IMG/VR virus record: IMGVR_UViG_3300032242_001644
Location: 22,413-86,412 of that record
DNA: 64,000 bases
DNA from: a virus
Direction: 5' to 3' (one strand)
Shown here: in pieces, positions 36,424 through 47,945 of the stretch
Layout: each line of letters starts with the position of its first letter
Position numbering within the stretch: position 1 is the first letter of the stretch
Notes under the pieces: model-generated
Seen by the model: only the letters and a program-made list of their open reading frames with translations
Databases searched by the model: none
What the model was told of the DNA's origin: nothing
Translations under genes and position numbers: made by a program

Positions 36424-39400
36424 TTATACTAACTCCTGAATTCCAATTGCAACTATATTGACCTGTGCAACGTTACTGCTTGCATACAAGTACGTATTTG
36501 GTGGAATAAGGATTCCAGTTCTTTCAAGAATACCTAATGTTGCAATCAGTGCATCGTATTCTATAAAATCAGCATACAGGGGTAACGGTGTCATTGTTAA
36601 AATATTTGTTCCACTAGCATATCCAGTACCAATTGCTATCGGTCCTCCGTTAGGAGTAGCTGATAGTATAATTTGTGAGCTGTTAAGAACAGCCTTGACA
36701 TAGTAAGCAGGAATCATATAGAACAATTGATTGCTGGTACTTGTTAGAGTAATCGCTGCACCGCCTACTGTTAATGCCAGTGTAAATGTTGTACCGCTTG
36801 CAATACTCTGTATATAGTAGGTTTGAAATGCTACAACGTTACCAGTTGTGGCGCCAGTAAACACTACCGGTTGGCCAACAATTAAATTTGTGGTACTTGA
36901 TGTAGTAACCACGTTTCCTGATGAAGCTGTTGTTGTGCATACATAAGGAAGTCCAATGGTATTTGCCATTGTGATAACACCGCCAAACACCGTACCAGCT
37001 GTATTAGTAAATATGACTGGTTGATTAGGTAAGAAATAATTAGTGCTGCTACCAGTAGCAAGTGTAATAATATTGCTGTTTACTACCACTGTACCTGTTG
37101 ATGTAGACAGCGGTGTAACGCTACCGCCCGATGTAGACGATATTGTAAACGTAAGTGGTGTTGGTACACTCTGCACATAGTAACCGGTATACGGCGTTAA
37201 AGCAGTTCCTGTTGGATTTACCACCTGCATGGTAAATGTATTAGTGCCAGTTGCCCAAGTAATAGCTGCACCGCTAGGTGTTAAACTTAGCGTAAATGTG
37301 TTGGCTGTTGGAATACTCTGCATATAGTAAATTGTGCCTGCTGTAATACCGCTGATAAATGTATATCCAGTGAATACCACAGCTTGGTTAACTGCTAAGA
37401 ATCCAGTGTTACCCGGAGTATATAGTGTTGTGCCGTTAATTGCTGTTACTGTAATAGTTGCGCCAACAAATGTTATTGGAGCATTAGCTGCAATAGGAGC
37501 ATTCATGTTAGCCAATAGCCCGGCTGTACTACCATACGCCGACATGTAACCGTTTGCTGTGGCAGTAATTGATATACTTGTTCCGGCTAGTGCATTGTTA
37601 ACTGTGGTAGCTAAGGTAAATGTTGTTACACTTGGTATTGTAGCCACATAGTATGTGGTGTAAGGCATTAGGCCGGTTCCGCCACTGAATACCGAACCAG
37701 TGAATACCATTGACTGGCCCACTGACAAGTTAGCAGTTGATGGTTGAACATATACACCGCCATAAGAGTTGGTTAATATTGCAACTTGGCCACCCCATGC
37801 TTGTGCCACTGTAAATGTTGTTGCACTATTAATGGTCAATACATAATAAGTAACACCGTTGTTTAAACTACCAATTGCTGCACTGAATACAATTGGCATG
37901 CCAATTGACAGTGCGCTTGTACTTAAACATGTAATCAAGTTAGTACCAATTGCAGTACCTGTAACTAGTGTCAAGTTACCAACAGTTAATACGTTACTAC
38001 TTGTTGTAGTGGTAATAATTGGTAATACCTGTGATTGATACACGTTGTTGGCAGTGACGTTGGTTAACAATGGAACCATCATCATGGCAGCATTTGAACC
38101 ACCGTTTGTACCAACGCTGATTGCAGCGCCACCTGGTGTAGCAGCTACACTGAATGAACCACTGACGCTATCACCAACCTGGGTTGTTATGTAATAAACT
38201 GTACCAGATGTAATACCAGTTCCAAATACAGCATTACTGCTGTTAAGAATACCATAGAATACAACGGCTTGGTTAATCTGTAATTTACTTGTAGATTGAT
38301 ATAGAGTAGCACTACCAGTAGCGGTAGTTAACGGCAATGCTGTACCGTTGGCAAATTGATATGCTGCTGTAACACCCAAACTTCCCGGAGGAGCTAACGA
38401 TACAGATATACGACGCTCGTCGTAAACATTGGTTACATAGTAAACTCTGGCTGCAACGAGCGGGCCAATTGATGTACTCAATGAGAATGGCATACCAACA
38501 TACATGGCAAATGTACTGTTAACCACGGCCAGCATGTTGTTTCCGTTCATTGCCGCGGTAGCGGTCATTGTAAATGTTCTTGGAACTAGTGTAGAACCGG
38601 TTGTGTTGTCAATTACCCAAGATCTGTGTGGGCCAACTTGTACTGACATGTTACCAGTTGTTGCTGTCAATGTAACTGCTGTGGAGTTTTGATATGCTGT
38701 GATGGTAAATGTAGTGCTTGTTGGTACAGTTAAAATATAGTATGTAGTAGCAGCGGATGCATTGCCAAATACTGCACCGTTGAACACTACTGGTTGATTG
38801 ACCTGTAGGAATGTTGTGGCCTGTTGTACGTTGATACTACCTGTTGTGCTAGTCTGTACAAATGCTGTACCGTTAAATGTAGCACTGATAGTAAATGTTG
38901 TACTTGTTGGGATAGTTAATATATAGTACACAGTACCAGATACTAAGTTTCCTAAACCACTACTAAACACCACTGGCATACCAATTGCCAGTGTTGATGT
39001 ACTAGCACAAGTAACTGTATTACCGGTGGCGCTTGTTGCCGTTACGGCAATATTAGCTGTAGTATATGTATAAGGAGCACTGCCAGTACTGGCTGTTACA
39101 AATAACGGAGGTACCGGCATCACACTAGACATTAACATAGATCCAGATGCAGCGGCTGTTAATCCAATTGGCAATATTCCCTGTCCAAGTTGACCACTTG
39201 CACCTGCTGCCTGTGTTGATCCGCCAATTAATGCTATGGTAAATGTGTTGTAACTAGGAGTACTTTGTATGTAATATGTTTGTCCAGCTGCCAGTGCTGC
39301 TGGGATACCAAACGTAGTTCCAGTAAACTGTACAGGTTGTCCTGTTGTTAAGTTTGCTGTAGATTGATAAACATTTAATGTAGTGATACTGGTCACTAAT

Positions 39401-42400
39401 GTAGTTGCAAGTATTGGGCCACCCAATGTAGCAGAAATATTAAATGTTACGCTGCTTAAAATAGCATTTACATAATAGGTTGTACCTGCAGTAATGCCAC
39501 CGAGTGTATTGTCAAATACAACTGGCATGCCCACTGATAATGTTGTAGTAGAAGTACAGGTTAAAGGATAACTAGGGCTAGTTGCACTAGTTGCTGTTAC
39601 TGCAATAGCTGCTGTTTGATAGGCCAGTGTTGTGATAACGTTGTTAGTTAGTGCAATACCAGTAATGGCTGTACCACCTGAGATTGATAATACAGTTGGG
39701 CTTGCGCTACCTGGTTGGATAGGAGTTGCACTCAGTGTGAACAATACTAGACTTTCAATAGATCTAACATAGTAGGTAGTACCCATGGTAATACCAGTAT
39801 ATGTAGTTGCAGCCTGTGTTAACTGGAATTGCATTGCCTGGCTTAGATACAAGATAGACGTAGCCTGTTGCAAATTCATCGATCCAGTTGCTGTAGTCTG
39901 TATGAATACAGGGCCGCCGCGTGTTGCAGACACAGTGAATGTGGTTCCTGATGGAATCGATGCAACATAATAAACCACGTTTGCCTGCAAGCTGCCCATA
40001 CTGCTGCTGAATACCACTGGCATACCCACCGCCAATGCATATGTGCTAGCAATGGTAATTAAGTTTGTTGTAACTGCTGTGGCTGTTACAGCATATGTGT
40101 ACATGGATAACTGGTTACTGCTGACGCTACCGCTGATCATTGGAATTGGTTTTGGACCAATACTGGCAACCATTGTACCGGTAGTACTGGTTAGTGCAAA
40201 TGTAGAACCACCAAGTGTTGTTGAAATAGTAAACGATGTTGTTGTTGGAACTGATGCAACATAGTAGGTCGTACTAGTTACACCAGCTGTAACACCACCA
40301 AACGCACTGCCTGCAAATGTGATTGGCTGTCCAACTGACATGTTGTTAGTTGCTTGAGATACAGTCATTGACGTTGTACCAGATTGTAGAGCAAAAGGTG
40401 TACCACCGTAGGTTGCTGAAATCTGGAATGCAGTACCGCTGTCAATAGTTGCTACATAATACACTGTTCCAGCAACAATATTTTGTCCGCCCGTTGTAAA
40501 CACAACTGGCTGACCCACTGATAATGTTGCTGTACTAGAACAGGTAATTTGATATGGTGCTACGCCACTTGTTGCACTAGTACTAATTGCAGAAGTAGTG
40601 TATGCGTTGGTAGTTGCTGACGACGAACCAATATTAATTGTTGGAACAATTAACAACATCGATCCAGTCATTGTACCAGTTGCCACTGTTGGTGCAAAGA
40701 ATGCACCTCCAAATGTTGTTGAGATCTGGAATGATGTGTTAGAAACAATGTTCTGCACATAGTAAATCTGACCTGCTGTAATACCGCCAATTGTTGTTCC
40801 TGTGAACACAATTGGTTGATTAATCTGCAGTGCAGTAGTTGCATGATAGAAGTTTGCTGTTAAACCGCTGGTAGCTGTTAATGGATATAAACTACCGTTA
40901 GGTGTAGTGGATATTGAGAACGTTGTACTGCTAGCAATGTTTAGTACATAATAAACTGTGTTGGCAACAATAGTTGAAAAACTAGTATCAAAAACAATTG
41001 GTTGACCAGTGGCCAATGTAGTTGTGTTTGAAGTGATTAATCCAGTAGTTGCTGTGGCAGTTACTGCTACGGCCGCTGTTGTCAATGCTGTAACACTAGT
41101 TGAAGCAATAGTCAACGGTACTGGAACTTGCGTTGTAGTTGTTACCATTGTACCACTAGATGTAACCAACGTTACTACTGAGCCGCCTGGCTGTGTTGCC
41201 ACTGTAAATGTTGTCGTACTTGGAATGGTAGAAACATAGTAAGGAATGTTAGTAGCTACGTTACCAAATGTTGTACCAGTAAACATAATTGGCTGGTTCA
41301 ACTGTAAATGAGTTGTAGCCTGTTGCATGGTCACTGCACTAGCACTGGTACTTAGAGTAAATGCGGGGCCGTTTAATGTTGCACTAATGTTAAAAGTTGT
41401 AGTGCTGTAGACGTTTAAAACATAGTAAACTGTACCAGATACAATAGTTCCTACTGCGCCACTGAATACAACTGGCATTCCAGTTGTTAGTGTGTTTGTA
41501 CCACCGGCTGCTGTGGTAAGATAACCGTTAGCACTGGTTGTTGATGCTGTTGCACCAGTTATAGATATCGATTGTGTTGTAAAAACGTTAGTACTTGCTG
41601 TGGTAGCCGTTATAGTTAACGCTTGTAATGTGTTAGGTTGTGTTGAAGTAACAGCATTAGATACTGTTAATGCAGCAGAAGTTGTTACAGTTGGAATATA
41701 GTTAGGAGAAGTTAACTGTAAGGCATACATGGTACCAGTTGCTGTGGTTAGGGCAAATGCTGTTCCGTTTGGTGTGCTAGATACTGTGAATGTTGTGCTG
41801 CTAGAAACTGTTAGTACATAGTAAGTAGTGTTGTAAAATACACCACCAAAAGTAGTACCTTGGAACTGAATTGGCATGCCAATAGACAAGTTACTAGTTG
41901 TTTCTTGTACAGTAAAGTTAATAAATGCAGTGGTTAACGAAACAATTGCACCGTTCCATACTGCAGATACTGTGAAAGTAGTAGCACTTGGAATAGTCAA
42001 CACATAGTAGACTACACCCGCTGTTAGACCACCCACTGATGATCCAAACACCACTGGTTGGCCAACTACAAATGCTGATGTTGCACTAACTGTAATTACG
42101 TTTGTTCCTGCTGTAGTTGACGAACAAATAAAACTAGTTGTTGTAAAAACGTTTGTACTAGTTGTGGTATTACCAATGGTCAATACTTGTTGTGTTTCTA
42201 CGCTGGTTGTGGCTGCGCTCGATGCAGCAGCAAACGGATACAATCCCTGCACACTTCCCACTGTTTGAGCAGCAAGCGGAGTCGATGACAAAGCAAGTCT
42301 TACTTTTGTATCTGTGGCGCTTCTGTTGGTGAAGTTAGTGTTAACTACCGTGTTACTAGGTCCAGTGTTTGCCGGGCTAGTTACTAGCTGGTAATTGAAA

Positions 42401-42447
42401 GGATTACCGTTTAAATCTTGTGCGCCATATTTAGCCGCTGTTGTCAT
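36424..42447 (-). CDS. Giant Thr-rich repeat protein (2007 aa, about 22 beta-domain repeats)
   Basis: Recurring G[QM]PVVF..G....YYV......TFT[VI]S unit; very few charged residues. Confidence 0.85.
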   Translation of the reverse strand: MTTAAKYGAQDLNGNPFNYQLVTSPANTGPSNTVVNTNFTNRSATDTKVRLALSSTPLAAQTVGSVQGLYPFAAASSAATTSVETQQVLTIGNTTTSTNVFTTTSFICSSTTAGTNVITVSATSAFVVGQPVVFGSSVGGLTAGVVYYVLTIPSATTFTVSAVWNGAIVSLTTAFINFTVQETTSNLSIGMPIQFQGTTFGGVFYNTTYYVLTVSSSTTFTVSSTPNGTAFALTTATGTMYALQLTSPNYIPTVTTSAALTVSNAVTSTQPNTLQALTITATTASTNVFTTQSISITGATASTTSANGYLTTAAGGTNTLTTGMPVVFSGAVGTIVSGTVYYVLNVYSTTTFNISATLNGPAFTLSTSASAVTMQQATTHLQLNQPIMFTGTTFGNVATNIPYYVSTIPSTTTFTVATQPGGSVVTLVTSSGTMVTTTTQVPVPLTIASTSVTALTTAAVAVTATATTGLITSNTTTLATGQPIVFDTSFSTIVANTVYYVLNIASSTTFSISTTPNGSLYPLTATSGLTANFYHATTALQINQPIVFTGTTIGGITAGQIYYVQNIVSNTSFQISTTFGGAFFAPTVATGTMTGSMLLIVPTINIGSSSATTNAYTTSAISTSATSGVAPYQITCSSTATLSVGQPVVFTTGGQNIVAGTVYYVATIDSGTAFQISATYGGTPFALQSGTTSMTVSQATNNMSVGQPITFAGSAFGGVTAGVTSTTYYVASVPTTTSFTISTTLGGSTFALTSTTGTMVASIGPKPIPMISGSVSSNQLSMYTYAVTATAVTTNLITIASTYALAVGMPVVFSSSMGSLQANVVYYVASIPSGTTFTVSATRGGPVFIQTTATGSMNLQQATSILYLSQAMQFQLTQAATTYTGITMGTTYYVRSIESLVLFTLSATPIQPGSASPTVLSISGGTAITGIALTNNVITTLAYQTAAIAVTATSATSPSYPLTCTSTTTLSVGMPVVFDNTLGGITAGTTYYVNAILSSVTFNISATLGGPILATTLVTSITTLNVYQSTANLTTGQPVQFTGTTFGIPAALAAGQTYYIQSTPSYNTFTIALIGGSTQAAGASGQLGQGILPIGLTAAASGSMLMSSVMPVPPLFVTASTGSAPYTYTTANIAVTATSATGNTVTCASTSTLAIGMPVVFSSGLGNLVSGTVYYILTIPTSTTFTISATFNGTAFVQTSTTGSINVQQATTFLQVNQPVVFNGAVFGNASAATTYYILTVPTSTTFTITAYQNSTAVTLTATTGNMSVQVGPHRSWVIDNTTGSTLVPRTFTMTATAAMNGNNMLAVVNSTFAMYVGMPFSLSTSIGPLVAARVYYVTNVYDERRISVSLAPPGSLGVTAAYQFANGTALPLTTATGSATLYQSTSKLQINQAVVFYGILNSSNAVFGTGITSGTVYYITTQVGDSVSGSFSVAATPGGAAISVGTNGGSNAAMMMVPLLTNVTANNVYQSQVLPIITTTTSSNVLTVGNLTLVTGTAIGTNLITCLSTSALSIGMPIVFSAAIGSLNNGVTYYVLTINSATTFTVAQAWGGQVAILTNSYGGVYVQPSTANLSVGQSMVFTGSVFSGGTGLMPYTTYYVATIPSVTTFTLATTVNNALAGTSISITATANGYMSAYGSTAGLLANMNAPIAANAPITFVGATITVTAINGTTLYTPGNTGFLAVNQAVVFTGYTFISGITAGTIYYMQSIPTANTFTLSLTPSGAAITWATGTNTFTMQVVNPTGTALTPYTGYYVQSVPTPLTFTISSTSGGSVTPLSTSTGTVVVNSNIITLATGSSTNYFLPNQPVIFTNTAGTVFGGVITMANTIGLPYVCTTTASSGNVVTTSSTTNLIVGQPVVFTGATTGNVVAFQTYYIQSIASGTTFTLALTVGGAAITLTSTSNQLFYMIPAYYVKAVLNSSQIILSATPNGGPIAIGTGYASGTNILTMTPLPLYADFIEYDALIATLGILERTGILIPPNTYLYASSNVAQVNIVAIGIQELV

Positions 42448-42476
42448 ACTTTTTCTCCTAATTTCCTAAATTTATA

Positions 42477-45400
42477 TTACCAAGCATTTGTCCACATTGT
42501 ATTTAGCGAAAGTGCTCGATCAACATATTTCTTATTTGTAATGTCAGTCCCTGCACTTGGCACAGCAGTAATTGTACCAGTTCCGTTGACTGTTAGTGTA
42601 GAGCCCGATGCAAAAGTAGCACTGGATCCGCTGGCCACTGTGATGACCGACCCAGAAGTTGTTACCAATGAGCCACCACTTGTAATTGTAGTTATTGAAT
42701 TTAAATTCGTTGTAGTGTTTAACTGAATTGTTTTACCAGCGGCCGCTGTAATTGCAAGATCTACAGAGTTTTGTGTTGTGATTTGATTTGCATTAATAAT
42801 CACGTTACCGGATGTTAAACTGCTAACTGCCAACACAGCACCACCTGCACCTAGCTGACTGGCCAAGAATGCTTTAATTGCTCGTTGTGTTGGTACTACA
42901 CTATCACTGTTTGCAGAGAATGTTGCATCTGTGGTAAACTGGACTACGCTTGCACCGCCTGATGCAAATTGTAGTGCGTTCAATCCACTCAAGTTAAACA
43001 AATTAGCATTCAATGTTGCAACACCAGTGGCCTGTTGAACTGTGAACAATCCACCTACTCTAAAGTTACCGTCTTGGTCAGTTGATGTAAAGAACACACG
43101 ACCGCCTGCACTATTGATAGTTTCATTCAACTGTACAAGGTTAGCTGTTGAGAATTTATTTGGATAACCCGTTGCTCCAAAGTTTCCAGAACCAACATAC
43201 AAGAAGTCGTGTCCTGTTAAACGTACCTGACTGTACTGAATAGTTGCTGTCACAGTGTCTGCATGATTTGGTGCATTTACTGTGCTAAATCCTGGGTTGA
43301 CTTGAACGTATGCACCGTAATTACCTGGGCCGCCAAGAACAGGAGCAATAACTTGAACAAGTGTATAATAGATTCCATTGCCTTGGAAAACTAGGTTAGA
43401 GCCAGCTACTGGAACCGATTGTAATCCACTTAGGGTGATAAAATAGCCAACTGGTTGAATATCAGCATAGCCGTCGCCGGAAATGGATACAGTTGCATCT
43501 TTATATGAGCTGCCTCTACTGGTCCATGTTGGTTGACCTAACACGCCGCTGGCTTGTCGTCTAACTGTTACGCTTGCTTGTGATGTTGCGTTTGAATCAG
43601 TAATTACAATGGTAGGCGTTGAAACGAATCCAGTACCAGGGTTGATAATTCTAAATTCAGTAATAACACCCGATAATACCTTGGCTCTTACCAGTGCTCC
43701 AGTTCCACCGCCGCCACCGGTGAATGTAACTCTTGGTTCAATGATATATCTGCTAGTGAAGTCTAAGTTAGTAACAACACTGGTTCCAGATACTGCAACA
43801 TCCCATCCGGCTAGTTGCACAGTCATTGTACCAGATGCAGCACTCAATGTGATTGCAGTTCCGCCTGGGCTAGTTGCAATACTGAATGTTGTTGCAGTAA
43901 AGTTTGCGGCTACAACATAATAAATTTGTGTTTGCGTTGTTACGCCACCAAAAGTAGTGCCAGTGAATACAATTGGTGATCCAACTGGAATAGTTGATGT
44001 ATTAGACACATTGAACACTGTTGTTGTGCTGCTAGAAACAGTTAGTGGAGTGAATGATTCTTTTAAGATATTTGCATTCTTTGTAGCGCCATTGTACCCA
44101 GCAATAAATCCATATTGTCCTGCACCTGTACCGTCTGTTAGTACAACTCGCATACCGTTGTAGGCAGCAGTATTGGCAGCATCGGCTGCTGACAATGTTA
44201 ATACCGTCGATGTACCTGTTTGTGCATTATTAACAGCACTTGCATAGTTTGCACCGCCTGTGATAATACGAATTTCAGTAATGGCATTTGAATAAATGCT
44301 AGGTGCCGATACTACTGCCCCAACACCGCTACCAGAAAATATGCTAGTACTTGCAGTTGTATAGTTTTGACCAGCATTTGAGTACTCTAACCATAAGACT
44401 TGGCCGCCGCCTAACAACACGTTAGACACCAATGCTTGACTTGAGCGAGTATTTACAGTACCTGTAATTGGTACTTCTGTCGGACTTCCAGCTTCTGCCA
44501 CGCAACCGTATGTACCATAAGAACTGTTACCGTTGGTAGCACGAATGGCACCACCTGTTTCTGACAAGTAACCTGCATAACCATAGTATGAGAACACAGA
44601 CACTGCTTCAACTTTGGCTAAATTTGTACACCAAACAGCAATACCGTCGGATAAAATATTAGTAAAGTCGTTCAATGTCATTGACTTGTTGCCACCGCCG
44701 TGTAAACTGCCGTCAATCTTACAACCAACGCAACCTGTACCAAATAGCGATACGTTTTGTACATACGGACTTCTTGTACTGATCCAGACACGTTCATCCG
44801 TTGTTCCAGTTCCGGGATCTAAGCTAAAGAATGCTCCGGACGTAGGACGTTTTGTACCATACCCGTTAGCCGTTGTTAGGCCACCAAATAGGTTTTTAAC
44901 AGTCATGTTTCTTGCACCAGTACCGTCTCTCATGTAGAACATGTTGCTCATACTGTAGCCAATGGTAATTGGCCCTGTAACATTTCCAGTAGTTGCTTGA
45001 CTTAATGTAAGTGTATTAGTTGACGAGTTAGTAACTGTTGTGCCATCTGGAATTGACGTATGACCATAAATTCCCATGCCGTTTACAATTCCACTATTGC
45101 TGGTAACTGTTAATGATGTTCCTGAGCTACTGCTGGCTGTGGCCGCAATTGTAAATGGTTGTACAACTACTGTTCTTAATTCATCGCCTACTAGAGACGT
45201 AAATGCAGGCACACTGATTGGCAATATTTCAGAATATGTACCAGTTTTGATATACAGGGTTGTATTTGGTTTAGTAGATGTAGGTATCGACAGGGTGGTG
45301 CCTGCGTTGACAGCATCAGACACCAATGTGATTAAACTCTGTGCCTTTGTTGATGTTCCTGCTTCAGCAGTATACGAACCGTTAATTGTCTGTGTTACTG

Positions 45401-47897
45401 GTGAGCCCACACTGTTAAGAGTTTGATAATTGCTTGCAGGTGCAGTATTGGCTAAAATATTAGCCGATATAGTCGACAAGTAGTTCAACGCAGCAACAAT
45501 TTGTGCTTTTTGTTGAAGTGTATTAGTTGATGCATATGTTGTTTGGCCACTATAGTATAGTTGCGCAGTAATAGTTGATTCAACATTTCCGCCGCGGCCA
45601 AGATCAAATATAGCTGCATCGATAACATATCCTGCATCTCTTACTGTTACTGCAGAATCGTAGTAGTACTTACCGGTTGCTGTTCCTGTACCACTTGCTG
45701 GTCCGGCTGTGCCAAGGTATGTTGCAGCCAGGGTAAAGCTGGTATTGGTAGTAATAGCACTGACATAATAAGTTGTTGTGGTGTTTAGTGCTACGCCACT
45801 TAATTGTAACGCACCTGTTAAGCTAGAAAACCTAATTGGCATACCAACTGTTAAGCCGCTGGTATCGGTTGTGGTAAATGCACTAGATGCAGTACCTGTC
45901 ACACTGACTTTGTAAGTATAACTTAGATAATTTGTTACTTCGGCGGTCATAAAACTCTTATTGGCACCCAACAAGAATTGTGCGTTTGGATTTGCAGGAC
46001 CCAATGCTATCTGGGCACAGGCATAAGCAATAGTTTTCCAAGGTTTATCAATACTGACACCATAGCCAGCACCATCGGTACCGTTTATGGATACATAATA
46101 AACATCACTGACAATACCATAGCTAGTCCACTGTGGATCTGAGCCAACAACTTTTAATACTTGTCCATCTGTGCCAATCGGCAATCTAGCGTTGCCTGCC
46201 GCGGAGTAATAGATCATATCTCCGCGAGTGGTTGTTACATTGGTTGCAGCGCCTTGAGATAATGAATTCCAATATGTCCCACTAATATCATTATCAGGAC
46301 GAGTTCCTGTGGTTGAACTATGAGCCAAAATACAGATATAACTGTTTGATGCATAGCCAACAGCATCGCCTAATTTATAAGCAGTGCTGGTTGCCCAAGG
46401 TCCTTTCCAAAAAATACCAGTGTTTAGCAATGACCAAGAAGTAGTGTCTACTGATGGATTAGTATTGGCATTGTCGAGTACAGCAACGTATACATATGCG
46501 CCATATGTTATAACATCACCTGTACGGTATGTAGGACTGGCGCCTGCTGACCATGCTCCACGAGTATTAAATCCTGTAGTTACTACATCCCAGTAGGTAG
46601 TTGAAGTGCTTGGAGTATGACCAATGTTGTTTGTCGATTTAGATACGTATACATATCCTCCATAGGTTACAACATCGCCTAAAATATAGGAAGTTGACGG
46701 ATTATAACTATTTGTGTATTCTAAACCTGGTACAAATAATGAGAAGTTTGAAAGATTAATTGTGCTGCCGCTGGATGTATGAGCAGTTGAACATAGGTAC
46801 AGATCAGCGCCGTACTTTACAATATCATTTAAATGATAATCAGTGCCAGTTGTCCAGCCTGCAGATATCCAATTAAAGCCTTTGGTTACTACGTCCCAGT
46901 TGCCAATGGTAGCTTCGAGGGTGGTTAAACTCAAATGGCCTGTATTACAAATATAAACAATGCCGCCATATTTGACAATATCACCAATCTTGTAGTAAGT
47001 AGCAGTTGTCCAGCCTGCGCTGATCCACTGCATACCGTCATTCATTAGCTGCCAATTGCCTGCGGTTAAATCGGTATAGAAACCGCCGTTGAGTGTTACA
47101 CTAGAAGTATGTCCGGTTGTACAGATATAATCCTTGGCACCGTATTTGATAACATCGCCAATTTTATAAAAATTGTTAGTTGTCCAAGTATTTTGCCATT
47201 GCATGCCATCAACTAGTAATTGCCAGTTAGCAGCATCTCCGTAAAATCCACTGTTAACAGTTCCACTGGAAGTGTGACCAACTGAACAGATATAATCTTT
47301 TGCGCCAAACTTGACAATGTCACCGATCTTATAGAAAGTTGATGTTGCCCAAGTATTTTTCCAAGTGATACCGTCGGCAAACAATTGCCAATTAGCACTG
47401 TCGCTATAGAATCCGCTGTCTGCTACTGCATTAGACGAGTGTGCTGTGGTACAAATATATTCTTTTGCGCCAAACTTGACAATGTCACCAATGTAATAAA
47501 AGGTAGTTGTTGCCCAAGTTGATCTCCACTGTGTACCGTCAACTAGTAGTGTCCAGTTGGCTGAAAGATCTGTATAGAAACCGGTGTAGTCAACATTGGT
47601 AGAGGTATGGCCAGTTTTACAAATGTAATCTTTGGCACCTATTTTAATGATGTCATTAAGTTTATATACTGTATTCTTGGTCCATGTTCCTGCCCAAGCA
47701 ATACCGTCGCTCATTAGCGACCACTTTGCTGTTGCATTGTTAAGATCGGTGTAGAATAGTGTGTTAGCTGTATGTCCAACTTTACAAACATAGCTCTTAC
47801 CACCGTAGGAAACTATGTCATCTTTAACATAATTGGTGCCGGTGGCCCATGGGCCTTGCCATACAAATCGTAATCTACCTAGTTTAAATTCAGCCAT
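42477..47897 (-). CDS. Large virion fibre protein with N-terminal W/Y-rich (CBM5/12-like) repeats and a beta-helix-like region
   Basis: About ten W..T.Y..GD[IV]V.[YF]G...Y.C...H repeats; YYVSINGTD..KPWKTI motif; ITNKKYVD near the C-terminus. Confidence 0.8.
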   Translation of the reverse strand: MAEFKLGRLRFVWQGPWATGTNYVKDDIVSYGGKSYVCKVGHTANTLFYTDLNNATAKWSLMSDGIAWAGTWTKNTVYKLNDIIKIGAKDYICKTGHTSTNVDYTGFYTDLSANWTLLVDGTQWRSTWATTTFYYIGDIVKFGAKEYICTTAHSSNAVADSGFYSDSANWQLFADGITWKNTWATSTFYKIGDIVKFGAKDYICSVGHTSSGTVNSGFYGDAANWQLLVDGMQWQNTWTTNNFYKIGDVIKYGAKDYICTTGHTSSVTLNGGFYTDLTAGNWQLMNDGMQWISAGWTTATYYKIGDIVKYGGIVYICNTGHLSLTTLEATIGNWDVVTKGFNWISAGWTTGTDYHLNDIVKYGADLYLCSTAHTSSGSTINLSNFSLFVPGLEYTNSYNPSTSYILGDVVTYGGYVYVSKSTNNIGHTPSTSTTYWDVVTTGFNTRGAWSAGASPTYRTGDVITYGAYVYVAVLDNANTNPSVDTTSWSLLNTGIFWKGPWATSTAYKLGDAVGYASNSYICILAHSSTTGTRPDNDISGTYWNSLSQGAATNVTTTRGDMIYYSAAGNARLPIGTDGQVLKVVGSDPQWTSYGIVSDVYYVSINGTDGAGYGVSIDKPWKTIAYACAQIALGPANPNAQFLLGANKSFMTAEVTNYLSYTYKVSVTGTASSAFTTTDTSGLTVGMPIRFSSLTGALQLSGVALNTTTTYYVSAITTNTSFTLAATYLGTAGPASGTGTATGKYYYDSAVTVRDAGYVIDAAIFDLGRGGNVESTITAQLYYSGQTTYASTNTLQQKAQIVAALNYLSTISANILANTAPASNYQTLNSVGSPVTQTINGSYTAEAGTSTKAQSLITLVSDAVNAGTTLSIPTSTKPNTTLYIKTGTYSEILPISVPAFTSLVGDELRTVVVQPFTIAATASSSSGTSLTVTSNSGIVNGMGIYGHTSIPDGTTVTNSSTNTLTLSQATTGNVTGPITIGYSMSNMFYMRDGTGARNMTVKNLFGGLTTANGYGTKRPTSGAFFSLDPGTGTTDERVWISTRSPYVQNVSLFGTGCVGCKIDGSLHGGGNKSMTLNDFTNILSDGIAVWCTNLAKVEAVSVFSYYGYAGYLSETGGAIRATNGNSSYGTYGCVAEAGSPTEVPITGTVNTRSSQALVSNVLLGGGQVLWLEYSNAGQNYTTASTSIFSGSGVGAVVSAPSIYSNAITEIRIITGGANYASAVNNAQTGTSTVLTLSAADAANTAAYNGMRVVLTDGTGAGQYGFIAGYNGATKNANILKESFTPLTVSSSTTTVFNVSNTSTIPVGSPIVFTGTTFGGVTTQTQIYYVVAANFTATTFSIATSPGGTAITLSAASGTMTVQLAGWDVAVSGTSVVTNLDFTSRYIIEPRVTFTGGGGGTGALVRAKVLSGVITEFRIINPGTGFVSTPTIVITDSNATSQASVTVRRQASGVLGQPTWTSRGSSYKDATVSISGDGYADIQPVGYFITLSGLQSVPVAGSNLVFQGNGIYYTLVQVIAPVLGGPGNYGAYVQVNPGFSTVNAPNHADTVTATIQYSQVRLTGHDFLYVGSGNFGATGYPNKFSTANLVQLNETINSAGGRVFFTSTDQDGNFRVGGLFTVQQATGVATLNANLFNLSGLNALQFASGGASVVQFTTDATFSANSDSVVPTQRAIKAFLASQLGAGGAVLAVSSLTSGNVIINANQITTQNSVDLAITAAAGKTIQLNTTTNLNSITTITSGGSLVTTSGSVITVASGSSATFASGSTLTVNGTGTITAVPSAGTDITNKKYVDRALSLNTMWTNAW
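47296..47489 (+). repeat. Exact 29-bp direct repeat with 165-bp period inside the W/Y-rich repeat array
   Basis: TCTTTTGCGCCAAACTTGACAATGTCACC at 47296-47324 and 47461-47489. Confidence 0.85.
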
Positions 47898-47945
47898 TTT
47901 CTTGTATCCTTAGTCTTACAGCAGTTATAATTGACTCTTTATTTA

